This document shows positions 37,395 through 48,619 of a stretch of 64,000 nt of DNA, piece by piece. A program made the translations under genes and the position numbers. Origin of the DNA: Leptonemataceae bacterium (GTDB lineage: Bacteria > Spirochaetota > Leptospiria > Leptospirales > Leptonemataceae); contig OZ245742.1 in the NCBI GenBank assembly GCA_965227295.1, positions 32,001 through 96,000 of the forward strand. The letters are read 5' to 3'. Position 1 is the stretch's first letter. The number at the start of each line of letters is the position of its first letter. Below the pieces are notes generated by a model, which saw nothing but the letters and a program-made list of their open reading frames with translations, was not told the origin of the DNA and did not search any database.

Positions 37395-39068
37395 ATGACC
37401 GACAGCCGCCGCGACGATGGTCCGCGCTCTCTGCGACGGAGACTTCCGACGTTGACCGGCGCGAGTTTCCGGTGTGCCGTCTTCGTGGTCCTCTGCGTTG
37501 CGCTGACGCCCTGCTCCCTCCTGACCTCCGGCGACAGGGACCCGGAAGATCTTTCCTGGCTCATGTGGACCGGTTACCACGCCGTCGTCGTCGCCTCCGC
37601 TTCCGAACTTCAGAACATGCGCCGGGACTTCGGTGTCGTCCCGGAAGAGATGGTCTTCGTCGACGTGGATCAGGATACCGGCGACGGCATCTATCGCCTG
37701 CCCGGTCGCTTTCGGGAAGACCTCCGCCTGGGCGAGTACCGGATCATGGAGTCCCCGCCGTTTCGCTTTATCGATCCGGACATCGTCCGCCGGCGAGAGT
37801 CGGACGATCCCGCGGTCTGGGCGTCCGGTTACAAGGACGAAGTCATCGCCGAAAAGATGTTACGGCGATTGGCCCGGGACTTTCCCGATTACACGAAGCT
37901 GTATGAGATCGGCAAAAGCCGCGAAGGGCGGACGATCTACGCGCTGAAGATCTCCGACAACCCCGGCATCGACGAGGACGAGCCGGCGCTCCTGTTCAAC
38001 GGGGCGCACCACGGCGGCGAGTTCCTGGCCGTGGACTACGTCTTAGATCTTGCTCAGTTCATCTTAAGCGGACGCGGGCAACACGCCGGAGACGGCTCCT
38101 GGCTCGACACGTTTTACGAAAAACAAAACGGAGTCGGCGTTACGCACTGGCGCCGGGCCCGGCAGCAGGAATGGATCAATCGCTTCGAGTTATGGTTCGT
38201 ACCCGTGGTGAATCCCGACGGCCTGCACATCGCCTGGAACCGCGCGTACTGGTCCGGGCGCAAGAACGCCCGGGACACGACGGCACCGCGCCGCAAGTGG
38301 AATCGCAAAGACGGCGTGGATCTCAATCGCAATTATCCGTTCTTCTGGAAGTCCGATCTCGAAGGGGCGAGCAGCGGCAAACCGTACAGCATCTTTTATC
38401 GCGGGCCGAAGCCCGGCAGCGAACCCGAGGTGCGGGCGATCATGGGCCTCGCCCAACGACAGCGTTTCGTTGCGGCGTTGTCGTACCACTGCTTCGCGAC
38501 AAAGGTCCTGGTTCCCTACACCATCGACGGGGCCGTGTCGCCGATTCCGAATCCGGCCTGGCGATTGGGTGAATCCCTGGCGGCGGCCGGGAAAAGTCAT
38601 CGCCCGGTGAAACGCTACACCGCCGAACGAAACCTGTATGCCGTCGACGGAACGGACCAGGACTGGTTGTTCCACACGTTCGGTACGATGGCGTTCATTG
38701 TAGAAGGGAGTTATCTTACACCGGACTTTGAACCAAAGGCCCGGCTTTCGATTCAGGGGATGCGCCCGTTGTCGGTGCGTATGCTGGAACTTTATGAGGA
38801 AGGCCCGATCATCGTCATCCACACGCGCGACGCCAGCGGCGGACCCATCCCGGCGCGGGTGGAAGTCCTGGAGACGGCCTACTACGAGGGCGAAATCTTC
38901 ACCAGCCATCCCACGAGCGGACGCTACGACTACTGGCTCGCCGGCGTAAACGATGGTCCGTTCACGGTGCGCGCGTCGAAAAATGGCTACTATCCGGCGG
39001 AGGCGCGGATTCGCTGCGGCTCCGGCCTGTGTCCGATCGTCCTCGAACTGGAGCCGGTTTCACATTGA
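37395..39068 (+). CDS. M14 zinc carboxypeptidase
   Basis: HHGGE, NPDG, GVDLNRNY, SEPEV, SYH. Confidence 0.9.
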   Translation: MTDSRRDDGPRSLRRRLPTLTGASFRCAVFVVLCVALTPCSLLTSGDRDPEDLSWLMWTGYHAVVVASASELQNMRRDFGVVPEEMVFVDVDQDTGDGIYRLPGRFREDLRLGEYRIMESPPFRFIDPDIVRRRESDDPAVWASGYKDEVIAEKMLRRLARDFPDYTKLYEIGKSREGRTIYALKISDNPGIDEDEPALLFNGAHHGGEFLAVDYVLDLAQFILSGRGQHAGDGSWLDTFYEKQNGVGVTHWRRARQQEWINRFELWFVPVVNPDGLHIAWNRAYWSGRKNARDTTAPRRKWNRKDGVDLNRNYPFFWKSDLEGASSGKPYSIFYRGPKPGSEPEVRAIMGLAQRQRFVAALSYHCFATKVLVPYTIDGAVSPIPNPAWRLGESLAAAGKSHRPVKRYTAERNLYAVDGTDQDWLFHTFGTMAFIVEGSYLTPDFEPKARLSIQGMRPLSVRMLELYEEGPIIVIHTRDASGGPIPARVEVLETAYYEGEIFTSHPTSGRYDYWLAGVNDGPFTVRASKNGYYPAEARIRCGSGLCPIVLELEPVSH

Positions 39069-39099
39069 CCGCCTCCGCTTGCCGTTCTTTGATGTCCCG

Positions 39100-39720
39100 G
39101 TGAAACGCCCCATCGTCCTGCAGGGAGATCTCAGCGAAGAAATCGCCGCTACATTCTCCGGAGCTTCCGAACTCGGTGTGGATTGTGAGATGATGGGACT
39201 CAACTCGTTTCGGGACCGCCTGTGCGTGGTGCAGGTGGGCGTCGAGCGTGGAGACATTGTCCTGGTGCAGGTAGACGAACAGAGCGGCGCGCCACGACTC
39301 AAAGCCCTATTCGAGAATCCGGACATCGTGAAAATCTTTCACTATGCACGCACGGACATCGTGTTTTTGAAGCATCGCCTGGGCATCGACGTAACCAACA
39401 TCTACTGTACGAAGATCGCCTCGCGCCTTGGGCGCACGTATACGGATCGCCACGGACTCAAAGAAGTCGCCCGGGAGCTGGCCGGGGAAATCATGGATAA
39501 GTCCTCGCAGTCCTCGGACTGGGGTCAGAGCGAACTCAGCGAAGATCAAGTCTACTACGCCGCCGACGATGTGCGCCATCTTTTCGAAATCAAACGTCAA
39601 CTCATGAAGATGCTGGAACGCGAAGGCCGCACGGACCTGGCGCAGCGCTGTTTCGACGCTCTCGCAATTCGCCGGGATCTCGACATCGCCGGCTTCGACT
39701 TCGACATCTTTGCACACTGA
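39100..39720 (+). CDS. rnd: Ribonuclease D-like 3'-5' exonuclease
   Basis: VDCE..GL, KIFHYAR.D, CTKIAS, SSDW, YAADDV, DIFAH. Confidence 0.88.
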   Translation: MKRPIVLQGDLSEEIAATFSGASELGVDCEMMGLNSFRDRLCVVQVGVERGDIVLVQVDEQSGAPRLKALFENPDIVKIFHYARTDIVFLKHRLGIDVTNIYCTKIASRLGRTYTDRHGLKEVARELAGEIMDKSSQSSDWGQSELSEDQVYYAADDVRHLFEIKRQLMKMLEREGRTDLAQRCFDALAIRRDLDIAGFDFDIFAH

Positions 39721-40321
39721 AGCCGCGACCGTGGCGGAAGATCTTGCACAACTACGCACAAGTATCGAGCGACGGATCGATCTTCCGGCCGAACAGTGGC
39801 CGCTCTTTGCCGAAATCCTTCAACCGCGTTCCCTCGCAGCCGGAGAATCCTTTGTACGATCCGGCGAACCGGCCACGGAGTTTGCCTTCGTTCTGTCCGG
39901 CGTGCTGCGCGAGTTTTATCTGACCGCCGACGGCACGGAGTACAACAAGAGCTTCTGCCTGGCCGGCGACTTCACCGGTTCGTACGCGGATCTGCTTTCC
40001 GGTAAGCCGTCCACCGCCGACATCGAAGCCATTACTCCCGCGCGACTCATGGTCGGCACGTACCGAAACTTTGTTGCGTTGTTCGATGTGCATCCGTGCT
40101 GGGAACGCCTCGGCCGGCTCACCGCGGAGCACTTGCTCATGATCAAGGCGCGGCGGGAGTACGAGTTTCTCGCGTTATCCGCAACACAACGCTACGAACT
40201 CTTACGCGAACGCTATCCGCATCTCGAAGATGCCGTGCCGCAGTATCACATCGCTTCGTACCTCGGCATCACGCCGGTGGCGCTCAGCCGCATCCGCGCG
40301 CGAAAAAAGCAGGGAAATTAA
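39710..40321 (+). CDS. Crp/Fnr-family regulator
   Basis: cNMP domain; IASYLGITPVALSRIR. Confidence 0.9.
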   Translation: MHTEAATVAEDLAQLRTSIERRIDLPAEQWPLFAEILQPRSLAAGESFVRSGEPATEFAFVLSGVLREFYLTADGTEYNKSFCLAGDFTGSYADLLSGKPSTADIEAITPARLMVGTYRNFVALFDVHPCWERLGRLTAEHLLMIKARREYEFLALSATQRYELLRERYPHLEDAVPQYHIASYLGITPVALSRIRARKKQGN

Positions 40322-40365
40322 CCCGGGTTAAGGAACATCACTCTGCTTGCTGATAGCCTGCGCCC

Positions 40366-41225
40366 ATGGAACGCAAGCATCTCGATCTGAACGGAACAAT
40401 CGCCACGTACCTCGAAGCGGGGAGCGGCCCCGTCCTCCTCTGTCTGCATGCCGTCGGACACGACGCCGACGACTACGGTGTACTACTGCGCTCGCCGCAA
40501 ATCACCGCGCGCTTTCGCGTGATCGCGCTGGACTTTCCCGGCCACGGCGGCTCCAGTCCGTCCGCAGCGAAAGATATCTCGGCCACGCGTTTTGCTCGCT
40601 TCACGACGGAATTTCTCCGGACCCTCGGCGTACAACGAGTGGCCATTACCGGTAACTCGATCGGTGGGGCGGTGGCGCTGCGACTCGCGAGCGGAAGCGA
40701 CGGCCCCACCGTTAACGCGCTCATTCTTGCAAATCCCGGCGGCCTGGATAACCGACGCCCGCCGGGTGATCTCGTCCTGCGCACGATGGCGGCGTTCTTC
40801 CGCGCCGGCGAACGCGGGGCGTTCTGGTTTCGCCCGCTCTTTCGCGCATACTACGGGCTCGTCCTGCGCCGATCCACTCCGGCCAGCAGGCAGCGGCGCG
40901 AGAGTCTGATGGCGACGGCGTACGCTCTCGCGCCGATGCTCGCCAGGGCCTGGGAGAGTTTCGCATTGCCGGAAGATGACTTACGCAACCGCATTCATAA
41001 TATTCGCTGCCCGGTAGTTTCACCTGGGCCATGCGGGACGTATTCATTCAGTTTCGCCGCAATCGCGATGCGTTGGAGCGCTTCGTGGATGTCCGCTTGA
41101 GTCGCTACAAGAATGCGGGTCACTGCCCGGCCCTCGAAACCCCGGAACGTTTCGCGAATGAAGTCGCGGAATTTCTTGCAGATTGCAGCCGGCGTAGTAT
41201 CGATAGCAGTGCTTACAGCGCCTGA
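40366..41225 (+). pseudogene. Alpha/beta hydrolase with an apparent frameshift at ~41018
   Basis: DFPGHG, GNSIGG; C-terminus (WAMRD..AGHCPALETPERF) continues in ORF 41031..41225 if one T is added to GTAGTTTCACC. Confidence 0.75.
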
Positions 41226-41625
41226 CATTCGAACGTCGATCTGCATAAGCGGTTTGCTGATGGCGATGACGGCATGTCTGGTTCCGGGATCTTCGCCGCA
41301 TCTCGGTGATGTCTGCACCTCGCGCGATCCCTGTCCCGACGGCCTGGTCTGCTATCGCAATGGTTGCTACGAAAACTGCGCAGCCCCGGACGAACCACCG
41401 CGGCCGGGTGGTTGGTGTCGTTTCCCCGCGAATGCCCAGAATCCGGGCAGGCCGGAGCGTTCGGTGCAGGCGTGCGGCGGTCTTCACGCGTGCCAGGAAC
41501 TATGCGAAGCCGTTGTCGAAGACTGCCGCGCATTACGGTTCACGGCGACGCCGCCGGCACGACAGTCGAACGCCCCGGCTGAATGTCGTACCCGTTACGA
41601 CGGCGCACTGGAATGTGACTGGTGA
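41209..41625 (+). CDS. Cys-rich putative lipoprotein
   Basis: MTAC lipobox-like motif, about 12 Cys; start uncertain. Confidence 0.45.
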   Translation: MLTAPDIRTSICISGLLMAMTACLVPGSSPHLGDVCTSRDPCPDGLVCYRNGCYENCAAPDEPPRPGGWCRFPANAQNPGRPERSVQACGGLHACQELCEAVVEDCRALRFTATPPARQSNAPAECRTRYDGALECDW

Positions 41626-41776
41626 ACAGCCGTTCGTCCGGTAAACGCTGCTTTCGCGCGGAAATATACCCGGCTTCACTTTATTTCCTTTACAGAATTT
41701 GTATTTCGCATGCCCTTTCTCGTGTCGCTTTTCTTCGTCTCATAGTTTCGTGAATACCGCCATACTCAGGACCGCC

Positions 41777-42739
41777 ATGATTCGCTCGCTCATCCCCGGT
41801 TTCCTTATCCTGTCAACTTTTGCCTGCACCTCGTATGAATTGAGGAGCCCGGATCAACGCAATCCCGTGGTCCTCGCGGTCAACGCCGATCCTGCAAAAT
41901 GTGAAGTCGTGCACACGGACGGCATGTACGCCCTGCTCTTCGGCGCGGTTCCGCTCACGAGCCTGGAGAAGTATCAGAGCTTTCCGCCGGCTGCGGACGG
42001 TTCGAGCCGAACCTACGTCGTCAGCAAAAAGGCGACGTGGGTGGACTTCCTGGTCAACATCTTCGGCGGCTGGGCCGTGACGCTGACCCGGAGCACCATC
42101 GAAGTCCAGGCCTGTAAGGAGCAGGTGGCGATTCAGAGTCAGGAAGCCCGGGAAGAAGAGCTGCGTAAGACGCTGGCGAAGTATGCCAATCGTTCGGGCG
42201 ATCCCATGGTGCTGACGACCAGCGGAGAAGCATTCCAGGGACGCATCGTGGAGTACGACGAGAGCGGCATCACCATCGAAACCGTGCAAGTCCGCAAGCT
42301 GGATCCGCCGAAGAAGATGGACGTCGTCTACATGAAAAGCGGCGAGACCATCCGCGGTCGCGTGACCAATCAGTCCACGGACGCCATCACGGTTCGCACG
42401 GAATCCGGTTCCACGAGACGCCTGCGTAAGTCTTCCATGGCGCGCCTTTCCCTCGACGTGCTCGTGGACGAAGAAGAAATCCCTACGAAGAAGACCATCG
42501 CCCGGAGCGATATTCGCAAGGTTATTCTGCTCAAGGACGCACCGCGCCCGACTCCGGAAGAATCGCAATCGAACGAAGAAAGCAAGCAGCCCGAATCGGA
42601 GAAGAGCGAAGAATCTTCCGGTGGCGAATCCTCGGAAAAAGCGCCCGTGAAAAAAGAATCCGAAGACACGAAAGCTCCGGAAGAAAGCAAAGACGCGGCG
42701 AAAGACTCCGAAGCCGAGAAGAAACCGGCGGACAACTAA
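41777..42739 (+). CDS. Lipoprotein with acidic low-complexity tail
   Basis: STFAC lipobox; E/K/S-rich C-terminus. Confidence 0.75.
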   Translation: MIRSLIPGFLILSTFACTSYELRSPDQRNPVVLAVNADPAKCEVVHTDGMYALLFGAVPLTSLEKYQSFPPAADGSSRTYVVSKKATWVDFLVNIFGGWAVTLTRSTIEVQACKEQVAIQSQEAREEELRKTLAKYANRSGDPMVLTTSGEAFQGRIVEYDESGITIETVQVRKLDPPKKMDVVYMKSGETIRGRVTNQSTDAITVRTESGSTRRLRKSSMARLSLDVLVDEEEIPTKKTIARSDIRKVILLKDAPRPTPEESQSNEESKQPESEKSEESSGGESSEKAPVKKESEDTKAPEESKDAAKDSEAEKKPADN

Positions 42740-42773
42740 AGACTCATTCAAAATTCAACCGGGCGACGATCTT

Positions 42774-45545
42774 TCAATATCCCTTCGCCTTAAGCAGCCC
42801 GTCCACCTGCAACGCGGCCCGGTTGTCCGGCTCAATGCGCAGGGCTTCCTGCACCAGTTCCCGCGCCCGGCCGGGGTCTCCTAGAATGCGATAGCTGTCG
42901 GAAAGATTGATGAGATTCGCCAGACGATGCGGCTGTAGTTCGCGGACCTTTTCACCGGCGTCCCGCGCCTGTTCAAAACGCCGTTCCTGTTTGTAACATA
43001 CGGACAGCAGAAACCAGAGGTTCACCACGGATGAGTCCAGCTCCAGGCAGGACTCGAGCCAGTACGCCGCATCCGCGTACTCCGCGCGATCGTAGTAGGC
43101 CTGGCCGAGCAATCGCAACGGTTCCACCGCACGGGGATCGGCGTCCGCGGCGGCTTTGAGTTTCGCGATGGCCGCGTCCACGTTTCCGGAGTCCAGTTCC
43201 AGGCGACCGGCGAGCAGCAGCTCCGCGGCGGAGCCGTTGCCCGCCGCGGGTGAGGCTTCCGATCGGCGAACTTCCTGAAATCCGATGCGCATCAACGACA
43301 GGTCGTCCGTGGCCGCACCGAAGCCGTGAATCTTACCGACGATGCCGTCCAGCGAGGCCCGCGATTCTTCGACGAAGATCAAAAACAAGCGCTCGTCCTC
43401 GTTGATGGTGCGTACGGATTCGCCCGGGGTTATGTCGATGTCCTCGCGACCGTCCGAGCCTAAAAAGAGCACGTCACCCGGTTCCAGTTGGTGTTCCTGA
43501 ATGCGAAACTCGAACTCACTGGGCGATCCGAGTTTCCGCAACAACAGCTCGTGCTCGATGAACTCCGCCTTGCCGTCGCGATAGCGAACGGTCCAGGGGT
43601 GCTCCGCGTTGACGTACAACAGGCGGCCGTCGGTTTCGTGCAGGAGGCCCATGGCCACGGACGCCATCATCATGCCGTCGAAAGTTAAGAAGACGCTGTG
43701 CAGTTCCCGCCAGGTTTCGCGCAGCCATTCGTGGGGGGACATGTCCAGGACGTTATCCTCTCCCGCGGAGCGCGCCATGATGTTGTTTACGGATGTGCCG
43801 AGGACGATGGCGCCGCCGGCCCCCTGCATGGACTTGCCCATGGCGTCGCCGTTTACGAAGAAAACCCAACGGTCCTGCTCGCCCTGAAAGCGCAGGTTCC
43901 CGGTGATGCAGATATCCCCGCCCAACTCGGAGTCACGCTCACGAAAGGCGAATTTCTTTTTTTGTTCAATGTAGAACTCCGTGGTGACGTTGTAGGATTT
44001 GTTCCAGTTCGTGGCCAGGGGTTTCGCGATCAACGCGGTCAGAAAGTAATCGCCGTCCTGCTGCACCTTGAGGGCCTGCACCTCTTCCATCTTTTCGTTG
44101 AGGTCCTTCGTGCGTTCCTTGACCTTTTCTTCGAGGGTGTCGGCGTACTCCTGCAATTTGACGCGCGAATCGAGAATACTCTTAACCATGCGGTTGAACG
44201 ATTCGGACAGATACCCGATCTCGTCCTGGACCATGACGGGAATCTTGACCATGAGATTGCCCTCGTTCACGGAACCGACGCCTTCCAGTAGATTATTCAA
44301 CGGACGCACCAGGCTCCGCGAAAAAAAGATGGGATACAGTACGAGAACGACGAACACCAGAACGCCGGTGAAGATTGCAATGTTTCGTCCGGTCTCGTTC
44401 ACAAAGCCGCGGTATTGAAGATAGGGATAGCCGATCTCGTAGATGCGGTCCTTCTCCAGGTCGCGGACATAGTAACTGAAGTAGATGGCCTCCTGACCGT
44501 CGGCGCCCTGAAAGCGACGCTGCTGCCGACCGTCCGGTCCCGCGGCCAGGGCTTCGGATATTTGCGCCTGCAGGCCGCTCAACACCGTACTGTCCACGGC
44601 CAACGCGTCGGTGTTATGAAGGATGAGCGCATCGTAGGTGGAATCCAGATTGCGGCCGGGGTACGAGAACACGTAGCGCGCGCCCACCGGCAACTCGTAG
44701 TTCACGAGAAACTCGCGCGAATTCTTTGAGTGGATCTGGTCGTAGTACTTTTCTTTCTGGAGATTCACCACGGTGGACAGGCCCTGAATGACGAGCAGCA
44801 TGGTGACGACGGAGATGCCGACGATCTTCGTCATGAACGAAGTGCGGTCCACGGTGTTGTTGATGAATACAATCGTAAACGTGAAGTAGCCGAGCAGCGT
44901 GAACAACACGAAGAATTGCTGAAAGGTTCCGTGCGTTACCAGCTCGCGCTGATGCAGGAGATTCACGATGCCCGGCCCCAGCGTCGCAAGCAACAACGCC
45001 ACGGCCATCTGGATCACGGCAGTGCGTTCTTCACCGCGCAGATAAACGGCACGGATGATTGCAAGCACCAGGAAGATGCCCACCTGAAAGAGAATGCCCC
45101 GGGCCACGGGACGACCGAGGTCGCTGGAGTAGTTGTAGAGATTGCCTTCGAAGACAAAGCGCGGCTCCTGCACGAGAGCTTCGTAGATGAACCAGACCGT
45201 GAGCCCGGTCGCGATCACGAGTCCCAGGGCCGTGAGCGCGTAGTAGAGATACTTGCGCGCCCAGGTCGCAGCAAAACGACGCGGAAAAGCGAAGGCGAAC
45301 TGAAATAAAAAGAACGAACCGAACAGCGCGCCGGGCACCGTGAGAAAACGATGATAGGCGCCGAAGGGATACGGTAGCGCCGCGCCCAGGAAAAACCCCA
45401 GATCCATGAAGAACGCGGCGACGAACATCCACGCCAGGCTGCGCGTGTACCACGCGCGACTGTTCAGCGAAAACAGGAAGATCGCCAGGATGGCGGTGAA
45501 GATTGTGCAGATGCCCGCGGCGATGGCCCACGCGTTGAAGAACAT
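42774..45545 (-). CDS. Membrane SpoIIE/PP2C phosphatase with HAMP and TPR domains
   Basis: 7TM, HAMP (DEIGYLSESFN.M), GGD, DAMGKSMQGA, SDG, DDLS, TPRs. Confidence 0.92.
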   Translation of the reverse strand: MFFNAWAIAAGICTIFTAILAIFLFSLNSRAWYTRSLAWMFVAAFFMDLGFFLGAALPYPFGAYHRFLTVPGALFGSFFLFQFAFAFPRRFAATWARKYLYYALTALGLVIATGLTVWFIYEALVQEPRFVFEGNLYNYSSDLGRPVARGILFQVGIFLVLAIIRAVYLRGEERTAVIQMAVALLLATLGPGIVNLLHQRELVTHGTFQQFFVLFTLLGYFTFTIVFINNTVDRTSFMTKIVGISVVTMLLVIQGLSTVVNLQKEKYYDQIHSKNSREFLVNYELPVGARYVFSYPGRNLDSTYDALILHNTDALAVDSTVLSGLQAQISEALAAGPDGRQQRRFQGADGQEAIYFSYYVRDLEKDRIYEIGYPYLQYRGFVNETGRNIAIFTGVLVFVVLVLYPIFFSRSLVRPLNNLLEGVGSVNEGNLMVKIPVMVQDEIGYLSESFNRMVKSILDSRVKLQEYADTLEEKVKERTKDLNEKMEEVQALKVQQDGDYFLTALIAKPLATNWNKSYNVTTEFYIEQKKKFAFRERDSELGGDICITGNLRFQGEQDRWVFFVNGDAMGKSMQGAGGAIVLGTSVNNIMARSAGEDNVLDMSPHEWLRETWRELHSVFLTFDGMMMASVAMGLLHETDGRLLYVNAEHPWTVRYRDGKAEFIEHELLLRKLGSPSEFEFRIQEHQLEPGDVLFLGSDGREDIDITPGESVRTINEDERLFLIFVEESRASLDGIVGKIHGFGAATDDLSLMRIGFQEVRRSEASPAAGNGSAAELLLAGRLELDSGNVDAAIAKLKAAADADPRAVEPLRLLGQAYYDRAEYADAAYWLESCLELDSSVVNLWFLLSVCYKQERRFEQARDAGEKVRELQPHRLANLINLSDSYRILGDPGRARELVQEALRIEPDNRAALQVDGLLKAKGY

Positions 45546-45570
45546 GGCCGACCCTGCATCGTACCGTACT

Positions 45571-46869
45571 TTAAGGCAACAACTTCTGGGCGCTCACGAG
45601 TTTTACGCACACGGCAACGACCTCCATGGCCGCCGTGATCTCCTCGACGGACGGCAGCGACGGAGCAATGCGAATGTTCCGATCTTCGGGATCCTTGCCG
45701 TACGGAAAGGTCGCCCCGGCCTTCGTGAGCTTGACGCCCGCCTCTCCGGCCAGGCGCACGACTTCGCTCGCACATCCAGGCATGGTATCGAGACTGATGA
45801 AATAACCACCCTCCGGTCGGGTCCACTCGGCGATATCGGCACCGGAGAGCTGCGTTTCGAAAATGTTCAACACTGTATCGAACTTCGGCTTCAGGATCAG
45901 AGCGTGTTTGTCCATGTGCGCCCGAAGCCCGTTCATATCGCCGAAGAAACGGATATGGCGCAGTTGATTGACTTTGTCCGGACCGATGGTCTGAATCGCG
46001 AGATGTTGTTTCGCGTCGGCGATGTTCGCTTCACTCGCGGCGAGGAAGGCGAGTCCGGCGCCGGCAAACGAAATCTTCGAAGTGGAGCCGATCATCCATA
46101 CGCGCTCGCCGTTGCCGGCATCCTTGCATGCATCGAGTAAGTTCTTGAGCGGTGCCGGCCCGTCGCCGAGATGGTGTTCCGCGTACGCGTTGTCCCAGAC
46201 GATGCGAAAGTCCGGCGCGGCGGTCTTCATGGATGCGAAGCGATCGACCGCCGCGTCCGAGTACACAATGCCCGTGGGATTGCTGTACTTCGGCACGCAC
46301 CAGATGCCCTTGATGTCCGCGTCCGCGCCGGCCAGGCGCTCCACCTCGTTCATGTCGGGGCCGTCGTCGTTTAACGGGACGGGAATCATTTCAATGCCGA
46401 AGTGCGCGCAGACCGCGAAGTGCCGGTCGTAACCGGGCACGGGACAGAGGAACTTCGGCTTGCCCTGAATCCACGGCTTCGACGTGCTCAAGTTTCCGTT
46501 CGCGTCACGCACCGGCACTCCGTGAGTGAGCGCACGCACCACGCAATCGTGCATGATCGTAAGACTCGCGTTCCCGCCGATGATGATCTCATCCGGCGAC
46601 ACGCCCATGTACTCCGCGAACAACGCCTTCGCCTCGGGGATGCCGTCCACCCCACCGTAGTTCCGCGCGTCCGTGCCGTTCGCGGTTTTATAATCGTCCG
46701 GTCCGGGCAACGTGAGCATGTCGTTGGCCAGATCGAGCTGTTCCGGCGACGGTTTGCCCCGGGTCATGTCCAGAGCGAGGCCCCGGGCCTTCATGGCGTC
46801 GTAACGCTGCTGCAATTCCGCCTGCAGTTGCTCCAGGTCGTTTTTTGTTAATGTCTTCCAGTCGTTCAT
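45571..46869 (-). CDS. Class I/II PLP-dependent aminotransferase
   Basis: LDMTRGKP, PGYDRHF, YSNPTG, WDNAY, STSKI. Confidence 0.92.
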   Translation of the reverse strand: MNDWKTLTKNDLEQLQAELQQRYDAMKARGLALDMTRGKPSPEQLDLANDMLTLPGPDDYKTANGTDARNYGGVDGIPEAKALFAEYMGVSPDEIIIGGNASLTIMHDCVVRALTHGVPVRDANGNLSTSKPWIQGKPKFLCPVPGYDRHFAVCAHFGIEMIPVPLNDDGPDMNEVERLAGADADIKGIWCVPKYSNPTGIVYSDAAVDRFASMKTAAPDFRIVWDNAYAEHHLGDGPAPLKNLLDACKDAGNGERVWMIGSTSKISFAGAGLAFLAASEANIADAKQHLAIQTIGPDKVNQLRHIRFFGDMNGLRAHMDKHALILKPKFDTVLNIFETQLSGADIAEWTRPEGGYFISLDTMPGCASEVVRLAGEAGVKLTKAGATFPYGKDPEDRNIRIAPSLPSVEEITAAMEVVAVCVKLVSAQKLLP

Positions 46870-46879
46870 TAAGGGTTCC

Positions 46880-48517
46880 TCAGGTTCGTGCACGACCCGA
46901 ATCAACTTGTGAATCTTGAATGTCTTGCTCTTCTCTCCCGCGAATCATTGCGGCGGCGCAAACAGCGCTCAAGAACGCCAGCACGGCCGAGATGTACATC
47001 GCCACCCGGTAACTTTCCAGGAACGCGGCGTGAATGGCACCACGTATCGCAGTGCGCCTGGATTCGTCGAGCGCGAAGTCGTCCGGAATTTCCGTGGCGG
47101 CCATGCGATCCTGTTCGTTCATCAGGTGTTCGTACACGTCCCGGGGGACGGACACGCCGTCCGCGGCCTCCAGCGCCCCCAGAGATTCCCGCAATTCCCC
47201 GGGATAGATCAAGAGCGCCACGGCGCCGAGAACGGCCACGGCCTTCAGCCCGGCAATCCTCGATACGGCATTGTTGATACCGGAGGCCGCCCCCGCATCG
47301 TCGTCGCTGACGGCGTTCATTACCGTGGTCGTCAGCGGAGCCACACTGACGGCCATGCCGACGCTCATGATCACCATGGCCGGGAACAACGTCGTCCAGT
47401 AATCCCCGGGACCGTCTCCGTCCGGCCCGATCAGCCCAAAGAGCAAACAGCCCACGGCGGCGATGAACGGCCCCACCACCAACGGTAACTTTGATCCGTA
47501 CGAACTTACCAGCGAGCCGGACCAGCGCGACAACAACACCATGATCACGGGGAACGGCGTAAAGGACAGACCGGCCTGGAAAGACGTATAACCCTGGACC
47601 TGAATCATCAGAAAGGGCAAAAAGAAAAACACGCCGCTCATGGAAAAGTACAGAAAGAGCGTCAGCAGATTCGCACCGCGAAAGTTGGTCGATCGAAACA
47701 GGTGCAGCGGCATCATCGGTGAGGCGATGCGGGACTCCACGAACAGAAACAACGCCAGCACCAGGGCCCCGCCGCCCAGCAGGAACCAGACGTCCCACCC
47801 GGCCTGGCGCGTTTCGGAGTAGAGGGTCAAACCCAGCACGAACGACCCCAGGCCCGCCACCGCCAGCAAGGCGCCGGGGAGATCGATGCGTCGCGCGCTT
47901 TTGCTGCGTGACTCCGGCATGCGCCACAACGTGATCACCAGCGTAACCATCGCCAGAGGAATATTAATAAAAAAGATCCAGCGCCACGAAACCGCCTCAA
48001 TGAGCCAGCCGCCCAGGGGCGGGCCCAGGGCCGTCGTAATGGCCGAGGCCCCGGCCCAGAGCCCGATGGCCTTGCCCCGTTCCCCCGGCGGATAGAACGT
48101 TGTAATGATGGAAAGACTGCCCGGCACGAGCAGTGCGCCGCCGACACCCTGCAGCGCGCGCGCGAAGATCAACGTCTCCACGTCCGGCGCGTATCCGCAC
48201 AACACGGACGCCGCCGCAAAGGCGACAACCCCCGTCGAAAAGATGAGGCGCCGTCCGAAGAGATCCCCGGCGGACCCGCCCGGTAGAATCAACGCCGCGA
48301 GGAAAAGCGTATAAGCGTTCACGACCCAGGTCATGGCGGTGACGCTCGCGGTAAAATGCTTCTGCATCGCCGGCAGAGCGACGTTCACCACCGTGCCGTC
48401 GATGAAGGCCATGCTCGACCCCAGGATCGTGGCCGCAAGAATCCAGGGACGGGCAGATTGCGGGCACGGCGCTTCCGGCGCTGTGGGAACGTCCGACACA
48501 GATTGATGGTCCATCAT
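46880..48517 (-). CDS. MFS transporter (DHA2/EmrB-like)
   Basis: FIDGTVVNVALP, GDLFGRR, SWRWIFFINIP. Confidence 0.92.
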   Translation of the reverse strand: MMDHQSVSDVPTAPEAPCPQSARPWILAATILGSSMAFIDGTVVNVALPAMQKHFTASVTAMTWVVNAYTLFLAALILPGGSAGDLFGRRLIFSTGVVAFAAASVLCGYAPDVETLIFARALQGVGGALLVPGSLSIITTFYPPGERGKAIGLWAGASAITTALGPPLGGWLIEAVSWRWIFFINIPLAMVTLVITLWRMPESRSKSARRIDLPGALLAVAGLGSFVLGLTLYSETRQAGWDVWFLLGGGALVLALFLFVESRIASPMMPLHLFRSTNFRGANLLTLFLYFSMSGVFFFLPFLMIQVQGYTSFQAGLSFTPFPVIMVLLSRWSGSLVSSYGSKLPLVVGPFIAAVGCLLFGLIGPDGDGPGDYWTTLFPAMVIMSVGMAVSVAPLTTTVMNAVSDDDAGAASGINNAVSRIAGLKAVAVLGAVALLIYPGELRESLGALEAADGVSVPRDVYEHLMNEQDRMAATEIPDDFALDESRRTAIRGAIHAAFLESYRVAMYISAVLAFLSAVCAAAMIRGREEQDIQDSQVDSGRART

Positions 48518-48619
48518 GTCATTTTGATGCTGCAAGATGAGTGATATTTCGCATAGGAAAAAAGAAACTTTGTGGGTGCAAAGCGCGGCGGACCGTGTTA
48601 ACTTGCCCTGAGACACGCG

